From Eledone cirrhosa (taxonomy: Eukaryota), in NCBI GenBank assembly GCA_964016885.1, contig OZ024741.1, positions 141,980,001 to 142,044,000 of the forward strand: DNA of 64,000 bases, given 5' to 3'. Numbering within the stretch: the first letter of the stretch is position 1; each line of letters opens with the position of its first letter. Below the pieces are notes generated by a model that worked only from the letters and a program-made list of their open reading frames with translations, did not search any database and was not told where the DNA came from. Both the position numbers and the translations under genes were made by a program. Shown here in pieces: positions 26,284 through 40,730 of this stretch.

Positions 26284-26584
26284 CGCGGACACAGAAATAA
26301 TCGGGCTGGATACCCGATCACGCGGTTAAACCACTGGCAGTGAAGGACTCATAGCTTTGTCAGGGCATTCTTTTAGGAGAAGGCAACTCAGGAAACTGGG
26401 ATAACTCCGACATAAAACCTGCGGCTCAGTAGTTACCGATGATGTTGATCTTTTCTTCTTTTCGGGTTATAGCTACTGTCGCTCAGAGAGTGGGATTGGC
26501 TCAGTGCACAGTCTTTCCTCACTTTAAAAAAAATATTCACGCACAAGCATTGCACAATAGCATTAATTGATAATTATTAATAAT

Positions 26585-27305
26585 GTAAGTATGTATACGT
26601 ACATACATATATGTATACAGACGTACAGTAGTATGTATATATATATATACATACATGCACACATATATATATGTACGTATGGATTCACCGAACATTTATT
26701 ATAATGCTCGGTGTGTTTGTAAATAAACATCCCGAATTAAGCCGTAGTGTCTAGCAACCATCGTTGCTCATTTGTTCAACACTGACAAAGGAATGCTGTA
26801 CTAGTTTCAAGCTTATTAGCTATCGTCAGCAACGTATACCTTCCTGCCAGATGGCTGAACGTCTGAAACTATATACGTTTATCGTTTTCGGTACCCCGGC
26901 CGATTAACTCACTCGATATGCAAGTTAGGCTGCTCAGCCGTTAATATGCATAAGGAAAGTATATACTTTCAGACGTTCAACCATCTGGCAGGAAGGTATA
27001 CGTTGCTGACATTAGCTAATAAGCTTGAAACTAGTACAGCGTTGTCAGTGTTGAACAAATGAGCAACGATGGTTGCTAGACACTGTACGGCTTAATTCGG
27101 GATGTTTGTTTAGAAACACACCGAGCATTATAATAAATGTTCGGTGAATCCATACGTACATATATATATGTGTGCATGTATGTATATATATATATATATA
27201 CATACTACTGTACGTCTGTATACATATATGTATGTACGTATACATACTTATATTTAAGTAACAGCCGTACTAAGAGTGAGAAATGAAATTTCGTTTCATT
27301 TTTTC
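26585..27305. mobile_element. Non-coding hammerhead element with ~290-bp inverted arms
   Basis: 26585-26875 is the reverse complement of ~26958-27252; related copy at 62265-62515. Confidence 0.8.
26794..26834 (-). ncRNA. Minimal type I hammerhead with palindromic stem III
   Basis: Minus strand: CGTTG CTGACGA T-AGC-TAATAA-GCT-T GAAA CTAG TA CAGCA. The plus-arm copy at 27001-27041 has a mutated core (CTGACAT). Confidence 0.7.
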
Positions 27306-29469
27306 CGTTTATTAATAATGTAATATCGTACAATGGTCATACTCGATAACGAGGGGGCAGCCATCATGTATGGATGGATGGGTGGTTGGATGGATGGTCT
27401 CGTAACAAATAGAGTCGTTGGGGCGCTGTATTGATATACAGCGTTTCTTGGGCACTTTTAAACCCCGCGGAACTCATCCCTCTCCAGGCATGAGTACAGC
27501 ATATTTCTCCCAGAGAAGGATAGAACGTGAGAGAAAGGAAATAAAATAGAGGAAGAATCCATCCCAGTACTAGACTGGTACTTGCTTTATCGACCTCGAA
27601 AGGATGAAAGGCAAAGTTGGCCTCGGCGGGATTTGAACTAAGAGAGCAGAGAGCCGGAACCAATAGCATTAAGCATTCTATCCGATGTTCTAACGACTCT
27701 GCCAATTCGCCGCCTATATCTTCTGAGTAGCTTATCTTTAACTGCTAGTAGACTTCTGGTGTAGGTTCTACTTAAATTTCCTTCGTTTTGATGTTCGATT
27801 TGATTGTGCTATATTTCTGTCTCCATCTGTACAACATTTCTATGTTGTTTGACTTCTGCTTAATCAGCATTTCTGTTATATTATCGCTACTAACTCGTGT
27901 AAATACGAAGTCCCAGCTCTTCAAATGAAAATCCCCTTTTCATCGGCTAGTGTAATTGTGTGTGTGTGTGAGTGTGTGTATATATATATATATATATATA
28001 TTAGTAGCAGAGTCGTTAGTATGTCGAATAGAAAGGTTGCAGTATTTGCTCCGGTTCTTTGTACTCTGAATTCAAATCCCATAAGGAAAAGCAAGTTGAC
28101 CTCGCAAGATGCGGTCGTACAGTCACGGATGAGAAAACATGACGATGAATCTCGTCAAATTTAACAAAACAACCAGTCTGTATTACTTGAATTAACGTAA
28201 ATATTATAAATCATGTCGGATAGATTCAGTCTAGAACGATGAAGCCATTGTCTGATTATGTTAAATGTCATTTAGAAACAAGTATTTGAATTAATTATCT
28301 AAATTTAGATGTATTATTTTATTTAATTAGATATATTTTCTGGAATAAAGATCAAACGTTATTCACTTTGAAGATATTTTGTATAATTGAGGGCAATCAA
28401 TTGATGCCGGAGTAGTGACTGGCGCAGTTCACATAGGAAAGCACAATTGAAGGAATTGCACACTTTTGATTAATTCAGTATCAATTCATTAAATTCATGT
28501 TTGATATATATAACTATTATCAAAATAGACTTAAATTATATGGTAGTGAAGGCCCTTGTATGTTATAGGCGAAATATCCGTGGAGTCAACCTTGTAATTC
28601 TTCCCAATAGAATCCGAATTATAAATGTCAGTCATATACTAGAACTAATTCAATTTTATTCCCGGCTAAACAATATCTATTTAAGAGGTAAACAGAAATA
28701 ACAACACAATCGGTACACAATCGGGACACAATCGGTACACATGGAAGGAATATATTAGGTTAACGCTTGAAATAGCAGGAAGAGGGTGTTAACGTTTCGG
28801 CCGCTAGTCCTTCATCGGAAGAAAGAATGAGAAATTAAATAGATTGAAGGGACGGGCGGGGTGGAATTGGAAAATATATCTTTAGATAAAAAAAATAACA
28901 GGTCCATTCATGTTGCCATCTCTTGCCTTATTCCAGCAGGAAACAAGGATCTAAAGTATCTTCTAAAATAGGAAGATATATAATAACATATGCTGTGATC
29001 CTTCGACAAGCTTTTCTTCTGTCTGTATACCAATTCAATAACATCTAAAGTAAAAATAGAAGCAAGTTCAGTCAATTAAAAAATGTAGAGTTCCTATGTT
29101 AGATTTCAAACCCTTCATCACCAACGAATTGGAATTTGAAAATCAACGCAACACCATCATTAACCATCATATGTCAATATAACAATGAATGCTGGGAAAT
29201 TTCAGCTTTTCAGAAGTGACTCCAGCAAAGATAATTTCTTGATAAAACATTAGACCTCAATAACGACTGGTTATATATTAACACTATATATGAACGCGTG
29301 TAGCTTAATGGATATAGTGTTCGGTTCTTCATTGCAATGTTGTAAATTCGATTTCCGGCAATGTGTTGAGTCCCTTCAGCGTGGAACTTTATTTCATGTG
29401 GCTCCAGTCTATTCAGTTGGTTAAAATTAGTTGAGACGGCACTTTTGCCAAGTTGTACCGGTTAATATA

Positions 29470-31365
29470 TATATTTCTTTATTAGCCACAAGGGCGCACA
29501 AGAAAAGGGGACAATACAAAGACATGCCGGGATTTTACATGCAGTCGTGTAAAAAATATAAAAACAAACAATTACAACAATCTAAATCCCCAATAGGGGG
29601 GAGGCGCCACAAATGGGTTGTTTAATACCCCGTCGATAGAACAACCCTCAACTCCAGGAGCGTGTTGTGCAAGTGCTCCTTTCTTCCTTTTGCTCTCTTC
29701 CTCAACCTACAGGCTTATAAACAGAGAATCCCAATCACTCGGGCCATTTTCGCTTCATTCACCCACCTTTCAGTAAATTTACTGGGGTGCAGTGCCTCTC
29801 TCTCCACCCTGATTCTCCTTCTAAAGTGATACTTAAAGAAGGGAATCAATTGTTGTCCGGAGAGAAAGGCATCTGTCCTCAGTCCTCTCAACCTCGTCCA
29901 CCATATAACTTCTTTCACCATAGCCACCGTACAGAGGAAAACCGCCTCTCTTTCGTTTTTGAAAGAGGTTGGCGGTTTGATCCTTACTATGGACTCGGCA
30001 GTCAACTGGATTTGTCCCATACGCGATAGCAGTTGTTCTGCATAGTTCCACAGGTCGGTTACGCCCGGGCAGTGTACAATTGCGTGCAGGACTGTTTCAA
30101 TGTCCTGCGCGCATCTTGGACACGTCCTCTTGGAAGGATCCCTGCCAGGGCGTCCGTGCCTGTAGATCTTGTCACGAACCGGTAGAGCTCATCGGTAGCA
30201 CTGCCAGGCCAGGGACCTCTGGAAGTTGTCCATAGATCCCGGGCGGAAAGTCCTACCAAACAGACTGGTGAGCTCATCGTCTTCGACACCCAGAGTCTCT
30301 CCGAGCACGTCGGCGCCCTTGTAACGTACAATCCCTCTATAGAATGTCGAAGTGGAGTCTCCACTGATTGCTGCGCCCGCTTGCCAGAGGACTGTGAGCG
30401 CCTGAGCGCATTCAATGTGCCAGGCGCCCATCGTTTTCGGTCTTTTCTTCACCCAGGACTCCAGCTCCGTCAGCGAGACGAGCTGTGGCAAAGCCTGTCT
30501 CACAAACCGTACCCACACCGGTTGGGGGTCGGTGAGGAATACCTGAAGATGCCGCAGCCTCAGCGCATGTTTGCGCATCATCAGCCACGGCATTCCTAGC
30601 CCTCCGTTGGAAGGGTACTGACAGCAGACGGATCTCCTCACCAGCGGAGCCTGCTTCTTCCACAGAAACTGGAAGAGCATGCGTTCCATCTTGGCGAGGT
30701 GTTCACGGGGACAAGGCACGACAGTCAAGCGGTAGTAGATGACGGACGCTATGAAAGTGTTCGCCACCTCCGCTCGACCTTTCAAGGACAGTTTGCACTC
30801 TGCCCACTTCTGGGTGAGTGCAAACACCTTGGCCGTGACCTCGTTCCAGTTTTTCTCCACCTGGAGGTCTGGACCGAACCAGACCCCGAGCAATTTCACC
30901 GGTCCGTCCGTCCAGCCTCCAACGACGCTGTCGGACATCATCGGTTTGCCTCTCCACGTAGCGAGTTGCAAACCGACAGACTTGTCTGGGTTTAGTTTTG
31001 CTCCCGTCAGCGTTTCGTATTCTTTCAGTAAGTTGTCGATCACCCCGATTTCCGAGGTGCTCGACACCATTACCGTCACGTCGTCGGCATAAGCCGACGC
31101 CGCTTTGCGCAGTCCCGGTTCTAGGGGGATGCCCTGCAACAGCTCCAATTTCCGCAGTAGTGGCTCTAGAGTCAATACATACAGAATGGAGGAGAGAGGG
31201 CACCCCTGTCGAATGGAACGCGTGATTGCGAACGGCTCCGATAGGTAGCCGTTCACCTTGACCCTCGAGCAGATGCTGGTGTGCATCGCCTCGGTCCATC
31301 CTCTGAACACGGGACCGAACCGGCCGCCTTGAGAACCGCTTCCAAGTATCGATGGTCGACCCTAT
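29470..31365 (-). mobile_element. Tx1/L1-clade LINE, 5'-truncated (RT, zinc knuckle, 3' UTR)
   Basis: IRQGCPLS, AYADD, KLLGVWF, GGLG; after one in-frame TGA at 30189 the frame continues CPRC..ETVLH..HC to 29715; AATAAA then (TA)n at the 3' end. Confidence 0.92.
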
Positions 31366-33504
31366 GAGCTTCATAGTGGCTGGAGACAGTGTAAACATTA
31401 TTTTTTTACTCTCGGTGTGTGTGGAGAATAATCGATGTTGTCCATTTATTTTCTATTATTTATGTATAAAGGAGAGCGGTTGGCAGAGTCGGTAGAGCGT
31501 GATACAACCTGCATTGTGGCATAGAGTGACGTCCCTATGCGTTTTTAGATCAAATCCCGTCGAGGTTAGGTTTGACTTTCATCCTTATAGAGTCGATAAA
31601 GTAAAGTACCAGTAATGCAATGGGATCAATTTATTCGACTATCCCTTCCCTTAAAATTGCTGCCGAACTCACAAAAAAATGCGTAGCAGTATTTGTTCTA
31701 TCTCTTTAGGTTCTGGGTTCAAATCTCACCGAGGTCAACTTTACTTTTCATCTTTTCGGGGTCGATAAATTAAAGTACTATTTAAGTACTGGGGTCGATA
31801 TAACCACAAAAATACTGGCCTTGTGATTAAATATGAAACAATTATTTCGGCCCCAGTGATCAATAAATAAATCATTATTTATGTATAAGGGTAGCGATGT
31901 TTTAATGAAAACATTGTCTATACTGATAGAAATCTGTAAAAGGATTAAGTGATAGTTGCTCTTTTGTTTATTTAATTCTCTTTGTTTATGTTTTGTTTCA
32001 TAGACACCCTCTACACACCAATGCAGTATTGTTTTGCAACACCTGATAGCTATACTTGTTTAATAATTGCAATTATGCATCTAATGTAATTTCATCAGGT
32101 GATTTGGTTCCTAAACTGAGAGGTACGGTTCTGTTCTTGAGCAAGACGTTACATTTCATGTTATTTCTATTGATAGAACGGAGGTTCCTATCACCCGAGA
32201 AACCTGATCGCATGAGGGCAGCTAAGCCTGCATATTTGTGAGCTGTAAGGACTACACACACACAGATAGGAACCCCAGTCCTATCATATATATATATATT
32301 TAGAGAGAGAGAGAGATGACAGGACTGGGGTTCCTATGATTAAAACATACTAGAAACTTCCCACAAAATCGATGCCCGTTGTAGGCCAGCTACATTTATA
32401 TAGGTGTGAGCTGTAACATCACAATGATAAAGCTGAAAGCCCTGTCAATAAAACGTTCGAGAAAACTCCTCGTAAGAGTCTAGCTATATAGTTTCGAGCT
32501 GTAAATTATATGCCATTTTCCATTTCTTTACTTCAAAAGAAAGAGGAATGTAAGTCTCATATATCACTGATATTGGATCAAATGAATAATTAATCACGAA
32601 AATAAACTTTGTATGTGTCTCATGTTTTATGAAGTGTTACAATAATCCCCCGATGATGGAAGAGTTCGCTTCGCAATCATAAAGTCCCGAGTTCGATTCA
32701 TCGTATAAGTCCTTAACCATACAGCCATACCTACGCCTATGCACAAGAGTATCCAAGACTACATTGTGTAATATGTCTGTTTTTAATGGGAATAGATTTA
32801 GCTGCAATTTCTAGCAGGTCGAGTTGAATGACCATATGAAATTTCTCCCTCTTTCACTCTCGTTAATTCATGAAAAAATTTTCTTGTATGAAGAACGGTC
32901 AGGAGAATGTTAAATTTATTTGAATGCGCTTCAGTAATATAAGCATACTTCCGCAAATATTCAGATAGCATGATGCTACGTTAGTTTAGCCTGGAATAAA
33001 TGTAGGTCATATGTATTGGAACGATGAATTTAATGCAAACAATTTAATTCTGAAGACATGAGAGATGGTTTCGGAAGCTTAGATGAGTGAAGATTGATTA
33101 TGAAAACTGTACAAATATTTAAGTCTTGGGTATACATAAATACAGCTATGAATACGAATATATTGTTAATAATACGTTAAAGCAAATATTCAAATGTTAG
33201 TATCCAATAATTAATGTTAAATAACAGAATTTCCTTTCTTCGAGTCTTATAAAAGGAAAGAAATGCTGATATTTTACGTTAATTGAATGGCAGTTGCATT
33301 TGAATATTTGCAATTAAATATTATTGAATGTCTTAAATAGCGTTCAATTTTACTGCCAATTTACTGTCGGCCCATCTTCGATGATTTCTGGAAATGTATG
33401 CAGCTACACAATAGATATTCCGTCACTGAAAGTCTATAATATTTCAATTCACATCGTCCTATTTTGTCAACACACCGTGTGCTACAACTATATCTATGCG
33501 TGTG

Positions 33505-33815
33505 TTGGACCTCCGTCGGTTCTGACGATGAGTGTTCTTGATGTTCAAACAATGAAACAGTTTGCTCGAAAATTAATGTGCAAGTGGCTGAACATTCTAC
33601 AATCATATATACCTGTACGTAATTCTCAGGAAGATTCAGCCTGATTCAAATCCTGGCCCTTTGAATTACAGGTACAACTCATTTTTACCAGCTGAATGGA
33701 CTTGAGCAACCTGAAATAAAGTGTCTTGCTCAAGGACACAATGCGCCACCGGGAACCAAACTCACGACCTTTCAATTCTAAGCAGAACACCCTCAACCAC
33801 TAAGCCACGCACCTT
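33505..33815 (-). mobile_element. CORE-like SINE family B
   Basis: GAAATAAAGTGTCTTGCTCAAGGACACAA..AACCACTAAGCCACGC. Confidence 0.85.
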
Positions 33816-36122
33816 CACTCCAAAAATATACCAATTTATTATAGGTCCATATAAGGGTGGTATTTTATTTTATCGACTTCGAAAGGAAGAACGGCAAACT
33901 TGACCTCGGTGGGATTTGAACTCAGAATTTAAAGTACCCAAAGAACAAGAACAAATTAATTGTAACTGTAGTTCAAAAGGTCAGCCTTATTGCACACTAA
34001 TCACGCTGAATGCTCCTAAGAACTACGTTAAATGTACACGTGTTTATGGAATGCTTGGTCAGCTGCTCATTAATTTCGGGAACACGCTGGTTGTTCCTTT
34101 GATAAAAAAAAAAACTGGAACATTTATCGTTAATGGAACAGACAGAGGTTACACACACACACGCGCGCGCGCGCGCACTCTTCACATTATGATGTCAATG
34201 TTTTTTATTTTATTGTTTTATTATGCTTGTTGTTGAATATTAAGGGATCAGATTTGATAAATCTCATCTTCGGTAGATAATGCAGAAGAAAATTTTCAGA
34301 AACAGTAATTCATATCAACCCTCATTACTTCGTCAAGTATAGTGTTTTTATTGTGCCTTTCCTCTGTATATGACTTGAATCTCTCACTATATTAATGAAC
34401 TGGCTTCATATTCATTTAGATAGGTGGGGGCAGTTCAGTTAGTGACACTATCTTGTGATCAACGCTGCTAATTATTTGGGATATTGCGTTTTTATATTTG
34501 TGGATAAAAATGGCTGCTAGCATAAAACCTTTTTTGTGTATGACTAGATCAATCACTAATGATAAGAATAAGAAATATTTTAGTTCATGATACCTACTGC
34601 TGTTGGGCTACAGAAAATATCACTGATACACTTCCGATATGAAAATCTGTAGTGCGTTTATTTTATTATAAGTTCAGTAATTCTACACTTCTTAAAAATG
34701 TAAGAATATATCTGACAACATTTTATATTCTTTTACTTGTTTAAGGCACTAGACTGCGGCAATTCTGAAGCACCATCTTTATTTAGTCGATAATATCCAT
34801 CCTAGTACTTATTGTTTCAAGTTTGGTGCATATTTTATAGGCTACGAATTGGCAGAGTCGTTAGAATATTGGCTGAAATGCTTTGACGGCATTTGTTTCG
34901 ATTCTCTGTGTTCTGAATTTAAATACCGCCAAGGTAAACTTTGCCGTTCAGCTTTTAGAGGTCGATAAAAAAAAGTACCAATTCAGAACTGTTGTCGTTC
35001 TTCTTCTATATCTTCTTACTTACTCTCTGTCCTTCTCTGGAAGAAATCGGCTCTGTTCCGTCGTGGAGAGGGGATGAGCTTCACCAGGTTTAAGATGTTC
35101 CCAAAACATTCCATATGTCACCACGACTCTCCTACGTCTCCATCAGAAGTTAAGATCTATGCATACATAAGTATTTTACCGATCTCTTCTTTTGTTGAAC
35201 TGTTAATTTACGGGACATATACAGAGGCAGACACGGAGACACCCAGATGCATATTGTTACATAGCGAACTCTTTAACCACTCAGTTGGCGCCTATCATGT
35301 TTCTAAAGTCTGTCTCTAGCCCGAAGGCTCATCCGGCCACTGTTTATCCCAGTTTCTGTGGTGTGAAACGACTTAGAGTATAAGACTTCCCCCTGGACAT
35401 AACACCAGTCCATCGCAGAGCTAAATCTTCAGCTATTTCTGGTACTCATTTTCAGCTGAATAAACTGGAGCAACGTTAAATGAAGTGTTTTGCTCAAGAA
35501 CACAACATACAACCCAGTCCAGGAATCGAACCCATGACATTATGATCGTAAGTCTAACACCCTTACCATTAGGCCACGCGCCTCCACTCTTTATGTTTAC
35601 TATTATAATTGTGACTGCAAATTGGTTAGTCCAATAGTAAACATTTTTGTCGGCGTTCCAGAAATAATTATCTGACCATAGAATGTTTAATATGGCGGTT
35701 CCCAACCGTGACCTACGATCAAATTGTCACACTAATAGGTATCCGTTCTTCTCTAAGAATAACTATTTGTCTTTCGGTTGTTCTCACTGTATAGCAATTT
35801 CAAATACTTTATTATAAACGTAATATACACACTATTGGTTGTCCATTCTTCTCGAAGTATAAATATTTCTCACTTGTTGTTATCACTATATAACTATCTG
35901 GAAGGAGAGTAATTGTAGTGAGGGTGAGCCTGGGATATTTATTTATACATAGGGGTCCTTGGTAGTGAAAAGATGGTAAACCACTGGTTTAATGCTAATT
36001 GTATGTCTGTATCTCCTGTGGACTAGCAATGTGTTGTAACTCGTGAACAATATTCCGTATATTGATCCATAGTAGTTTGAACCTGCTAGAAATAGCAGCC
36101 AAACAAATTTCCCTACCATCTT

Positions 36123-36166
<44 letters not shown>

Positions 36167-37844
36167 ACGCGTGTGTGTTTGCGTGCATGTGTTTACGTTT
36201 GTGTTTGCGTGCGTGTGTTTGTCTTGTAACTTAGCGGTTCGACAAGAAAGATCGATAAATATGTACCAGACTTGAGAAAATAAGTACTGAGGTTGGTATA
36301 ATCCACTAAATCTTTGGGTTTTTATTTTTATTTCTTTTTCCTTTATCAATTTTATAAATTGCATTCTTAATATATTGTTCAATAAAATTTAATTATTTCT
36401 TCCAGAAACTGAGTATTGTTGACTCCATATCTCATGATTTCTGGAGCTTATCTTTGATTAATTCCTTTATTCCCAGCTGCCTTTATTGCTTGACTTCAAC
36501 ATTGTTGGGGTTATTGGTGATTTTTTTTGTGTGTGTGTGTTTTTGTTTCATTATTTATGAGGCAACACAATACTTTAACGGTGTTAATTCACGTTTATAC
36601 AATCTAGAGAACCTTGCTTGAATCATCTTTCATTATTCTTGACAACTTTCTGCTAACATAAAAGAATTACATAGAAAATGGTTCACAACTCAAATAATAA
36701 ACCGTTGAAATAGTTTCCAATATAAAAAAATATACTTGATTTTCTACAAAAAAAAAATATTTGATAAATTGAATATATTTATCTTTGCATGATATTATGT
36801 TACATTTTTGTCTTTATTTTATACTATATGTATTGTGAGTGAGGTTGAGTAGACGGAATCTATTTGGAAGCCCGTCAAATAGACTGTACCTGTAATTCAA
36901 AGGGTCACACACTGTATCAAGGAATTACGTTAAGGGTACACGTGATGAGCAAGTTATTCCGTTGATCGAACAATTCGAACAATCACTGTCGAACCAGACA
37001 GAAGTCTATTCTATTTCATATCATTAACAATATTTTATTGACTTGTGGATTGACTGTGCCGTTAAAGTGTCCGATTAAACTGCTGCCTTGAGTTATTTGT
37101 TTCATCTCCCTGCACTCTGAGTTTAAATCCCGTCGAGGTAAACTTTCCACCCTTCATAAGTTAATTGTCAGTCAAGTACTGAAATCGATTCAATCGACTT
37201 TGCCCTTCACCACAAATTACTGAGCTTATTTTTTTGGTGTTAAGAGGGGTTCATTGACAGAATCGTTAGAGCGTCGGATTAAAACGCCTAAAAGCATTTG
37301 TTTCGTCCCTCTGTGCTCTAAGTTCAAATCCTGTCGAGTTTCCTGTCTGAAATCAATAAAGTTCCAGTGAAGTACTGGGATGGATATAATATAAACGACT
37401 TTCTCCTCCCCGTACAACTGCTGGCCTTTTACCTAAATCAGAATCCATTATATTATTAGCTTCATAATATTTATTTTGTTTCAATTGTTTTAGAAATTTC
37501 AATATTAATTTGTTTGATTTTTGTCGGTGGTGCTTTTGCTTTGGTCTTTTTTTTTTTTTTTCATTTTTCATCATTTTCTTCTTTTTTTTTCAGTTCTAAA
37601 TAAAACTCGAATTTTGAACAATTAATCTTTCATTCGTATTTAATTAAAATGGTATTCGATTTTATCTGTTGATCGGCTGAATACGAAAACGGAAACTAAT
37701 TTCTCTGGAAATAGTAATTTAGTCCGCTTACTATCCAGGCGTTCTTTAATATGAAAGAAGAAAGCTACACTCCATTCTGAATGATTGATAATCGTTTGCT
37801 GTGAAAATGACGAGAACATGGCAGTTGTACTATGCCGTACCAGC

Positions 37845-38000
37845 ATAGCCAGTCCCTGAGTATTTAGCACCGTATGTTAGCCTTTACAATATGTACCTGG
37901 TTATTTAGTGTCCTATGCTAGCCCTAGAGAGTATTTCTAGGTATTTAGCACCTTAGGTTAGCTCTTCATGGTGTATCTGAGTATTTAACGTCCTAAGCGA
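37845..38000. repeat. Degenerate ~40-bp tandem repeat (GTATTTAGCACC..TTAGC) with an inverted/nearby copy near 38200
   Basis: GTATTTAG or similar recurs near 37860, 37900, 37941, 37981 and 38200-38235. Confidence 0.55.
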
Positions 38001-38870
38001 GTTCTAGACTCCCTACTCCCAGATATGCATCACATTCTCACAACTAAAATAATTTTAACTAACAGATTGGCAAGCTGACAAATCTAGTTTTAGACACTTC
38101 TTGCTCTGATACCCCAGTGAAAATTACTAAGCCTACATTTTCTACTACAGTCCACACTCCCCCACGCCCAATCCGGTAACAGGCAGAGACGGGGCCTGGG
38201 TATTTAGGTGTGTATTTAGCGCTGTAGGCTAGCCCTTCAAGGTTCGCGCCCTTCTTCCAATTATACACCCCGTTCTCCCAAATACAATAATTTCAACTTA
38301 CATTTTGTAAAGCTGACAAACATTCTTTTCACTAAAACATGTGACAGGTCATGACACAATACACCCTTTCCACCGCTTTGGATATTTTCACAAAGCTGCT
38401 ACACGGCAAAGATGTTTAGTGATTTATTTCTTGGTCGCAGACAATTATATGTTTGTGATAATTATACAAATTATTATAAAATTGCCTAATTTGTCTAGTT
38501 TGCGAAAAGAATCCTTTGGAATATCCAGTTCATAAAAATAATAGTACAATTCAAGAACTGAAATATGTTTAATATAACCCAAGGACTTGAAAAAGAGAAA
38601 TTAAAATCTAACACGTGATATGTAATTAAATTTCTATCTTCTGCTATAAAACTTACACAGACACCGGGTTAGATATTATAGGTGGCTCTAATTTAGGTAC
38701 AAAGCCAAACATTGAGAGGTGGGTGAAAGTCGATTCCACAGTGTAAATTAACGTACAATTGATTGAGCATTCCACAGACACGTGTACTTTTAATGTTGTT
38801 CTCTCTCTTTTTCTTTCTTTAGAGGAAATCGGATGGAAGTTAAAAACGGCGCTCCTACAATATATTCTAA

Positions 38871-39285
38871 TCAGGTCGAGCTTGCCCGGCCTTCTACGAC
38901 ACGTTTCCTCCATCCATCTCTGTCTCTCATAGCGTTTGCCAGTTCTTCCGCAGAGCATCCAGTATCGTCTTCAAGTTGCTTGACGTATGTCTTCTTGGGA
39001 CGACCAGCGTTTCTTGCTCCATGAGATGGACTCCATAACAATACATCGCCTGCTATTTCTTCCTTGCTGCGCCAACAGTGGCCAGAAAATCTGAGTCTCT
39101 GTTTACGTATTGACCTGCTGATAGTTGGTATATTGCCATAGAGATCCTTATTTGTTGGGTGTTCCCTCCAAGATACGTTTAAAGCAGCACGGAGCATACG
39201 TGTGTATGCCCGTCTAGCTTTTTCTCCAGTTTTGACGTTAGCGTCCAAGTGACAGAACCATAAACAAGCACAGATTCCACAATGA
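38871..39285 (-). pseudogene. RTE LINE 3' fragment, distant relative of 7660-10239
   Basis: YTRMLRAALNVSW..LYG..RLRFSGHCWR..LLW.P.HG...GRP..TYV..L..DTG. Confidence 0.88.
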
Positions 39286-40542
39286 TTTCTAATTTAAGCA
39301 CAAGGCCGGGAATTTAAGTCAATTATATTAATGCCACTGCTTGGTTAATACATATGGCTGAAATGCAAAGTTGGCCTCAGTGAAATTCAAACTCAGAACG
39401 TTAAAATCTGTAACTAAAGATTTCGTGAAATATTTCGTCCAACACTAAAGATTCAGCTAATCCTATAATATAAGAATGCCTGTCACATTTTGTAAACCAT
39501 ATGTAATGATGAATATTGTCGACATTTAGAACGCTTTATCGCCTTAATATCTCGATTAGTAACAATTATTGTTGTTCTACAGCGAAGTAATGCAATCTTT
39601 GAAACCTTTCTGACTTTGCCATTTCTTGGAATGATATCTATAATTTAATTTAACCATTTCCCTATATTCATTAAGCTGCCAACTTATCGGTTCTATCGCT
39701 ATCAAAGTTCCGCAATTCTTCATATATAAATGTTCAACTATATTTATCGGTGGTTAATATCCAGAGCACTTTACCTCCAAATAATTATCAGTGAAAAGTG
39801 CTGTATTTACAATAGCCTGCAGTAATATATTGTCTTTGAATCATTATCTCAGCAATATTTCGATCAGTTTCCTACAACTTATCTCTGTCTGGTTATTAAT
39901 TCAACGTTTCATATTTGTACAAATGGTCATTAATACGAATTTCATTTCAACGTAAATGTTCCAAGTTGACATTGTTGTTTTTTAGATCGATAGTATCTTT
40001 ATAGATGCTTGACCTCTGATACGGGCCGATATATACCAACACAATGTACGTTATTCGCCGTTATCCGTCATACTCTCCAAACATTGTGCATTTTCAGTTT
40101 GTATCCTCTAGCTTTCAATATTTTCCTATAGAAATTTATTAGTAAAACTTTCTATTGACTAGATACAATAAGAATACTATATAGACTTTCCTTTTACATA
40201 AAGATTGATAAATATAAAGCTGTGTATGTTTTGTAAACATTCATCTTCCTAATTTTATTGAATATTGGTCTCGGAGGAGATTAATTTTTAAATTGACCTG
40301 TGGCTCAACACGACTTAGCTGTTATTAATTCACTCTTTAAACTGTCGCATTTACTGATATATTCAAATTGTTTGGCCTCTGTGTGCTGTTGCATATTGAT
40401 GATGTGTTTGGTATATTGTCTTTTCGTATAGGCTATTGAGCTATAAACAAAATATTTTTTATCCTTTCTATACATTATACGGTTATATGAATATATATAT
40501 GTGTGTGTGTGTGGGTGTGTGTGTGGGTGTGTGGGTGTGTGT

Positions 40543-40610
<68 letters not shown>

Positions 40611-40694
40611 AAAAATAGACGGCAACAACCATGCAAACAACACAGTTCAATGAAGAAATATATTAGTTTAACGTTTGATATAGTAGGAAAAGAG

Positions 40695-40730
40695 TCTTTA
40701 CGTTTCAGACACTGGTCCTTCATCAGAAGA
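40695..40730 (-). ncRNA. Minimal type I hammerhead (GAAACGTA type)
   Basis: Minus strand: TCTT CTGATGA AGGAC-CAGT-GTCT GAAA CG TA AAGA; a decayed relative lies at ~28790-28820. Confidence 0.7.

Noticed and set aside
30186-30194. In-frame TGA in the Tx1 ORF as possible recoding
   Set aside because: A single nonsense mutation in a truncated dead copy is the simpler explanation; no SECIS evidence.
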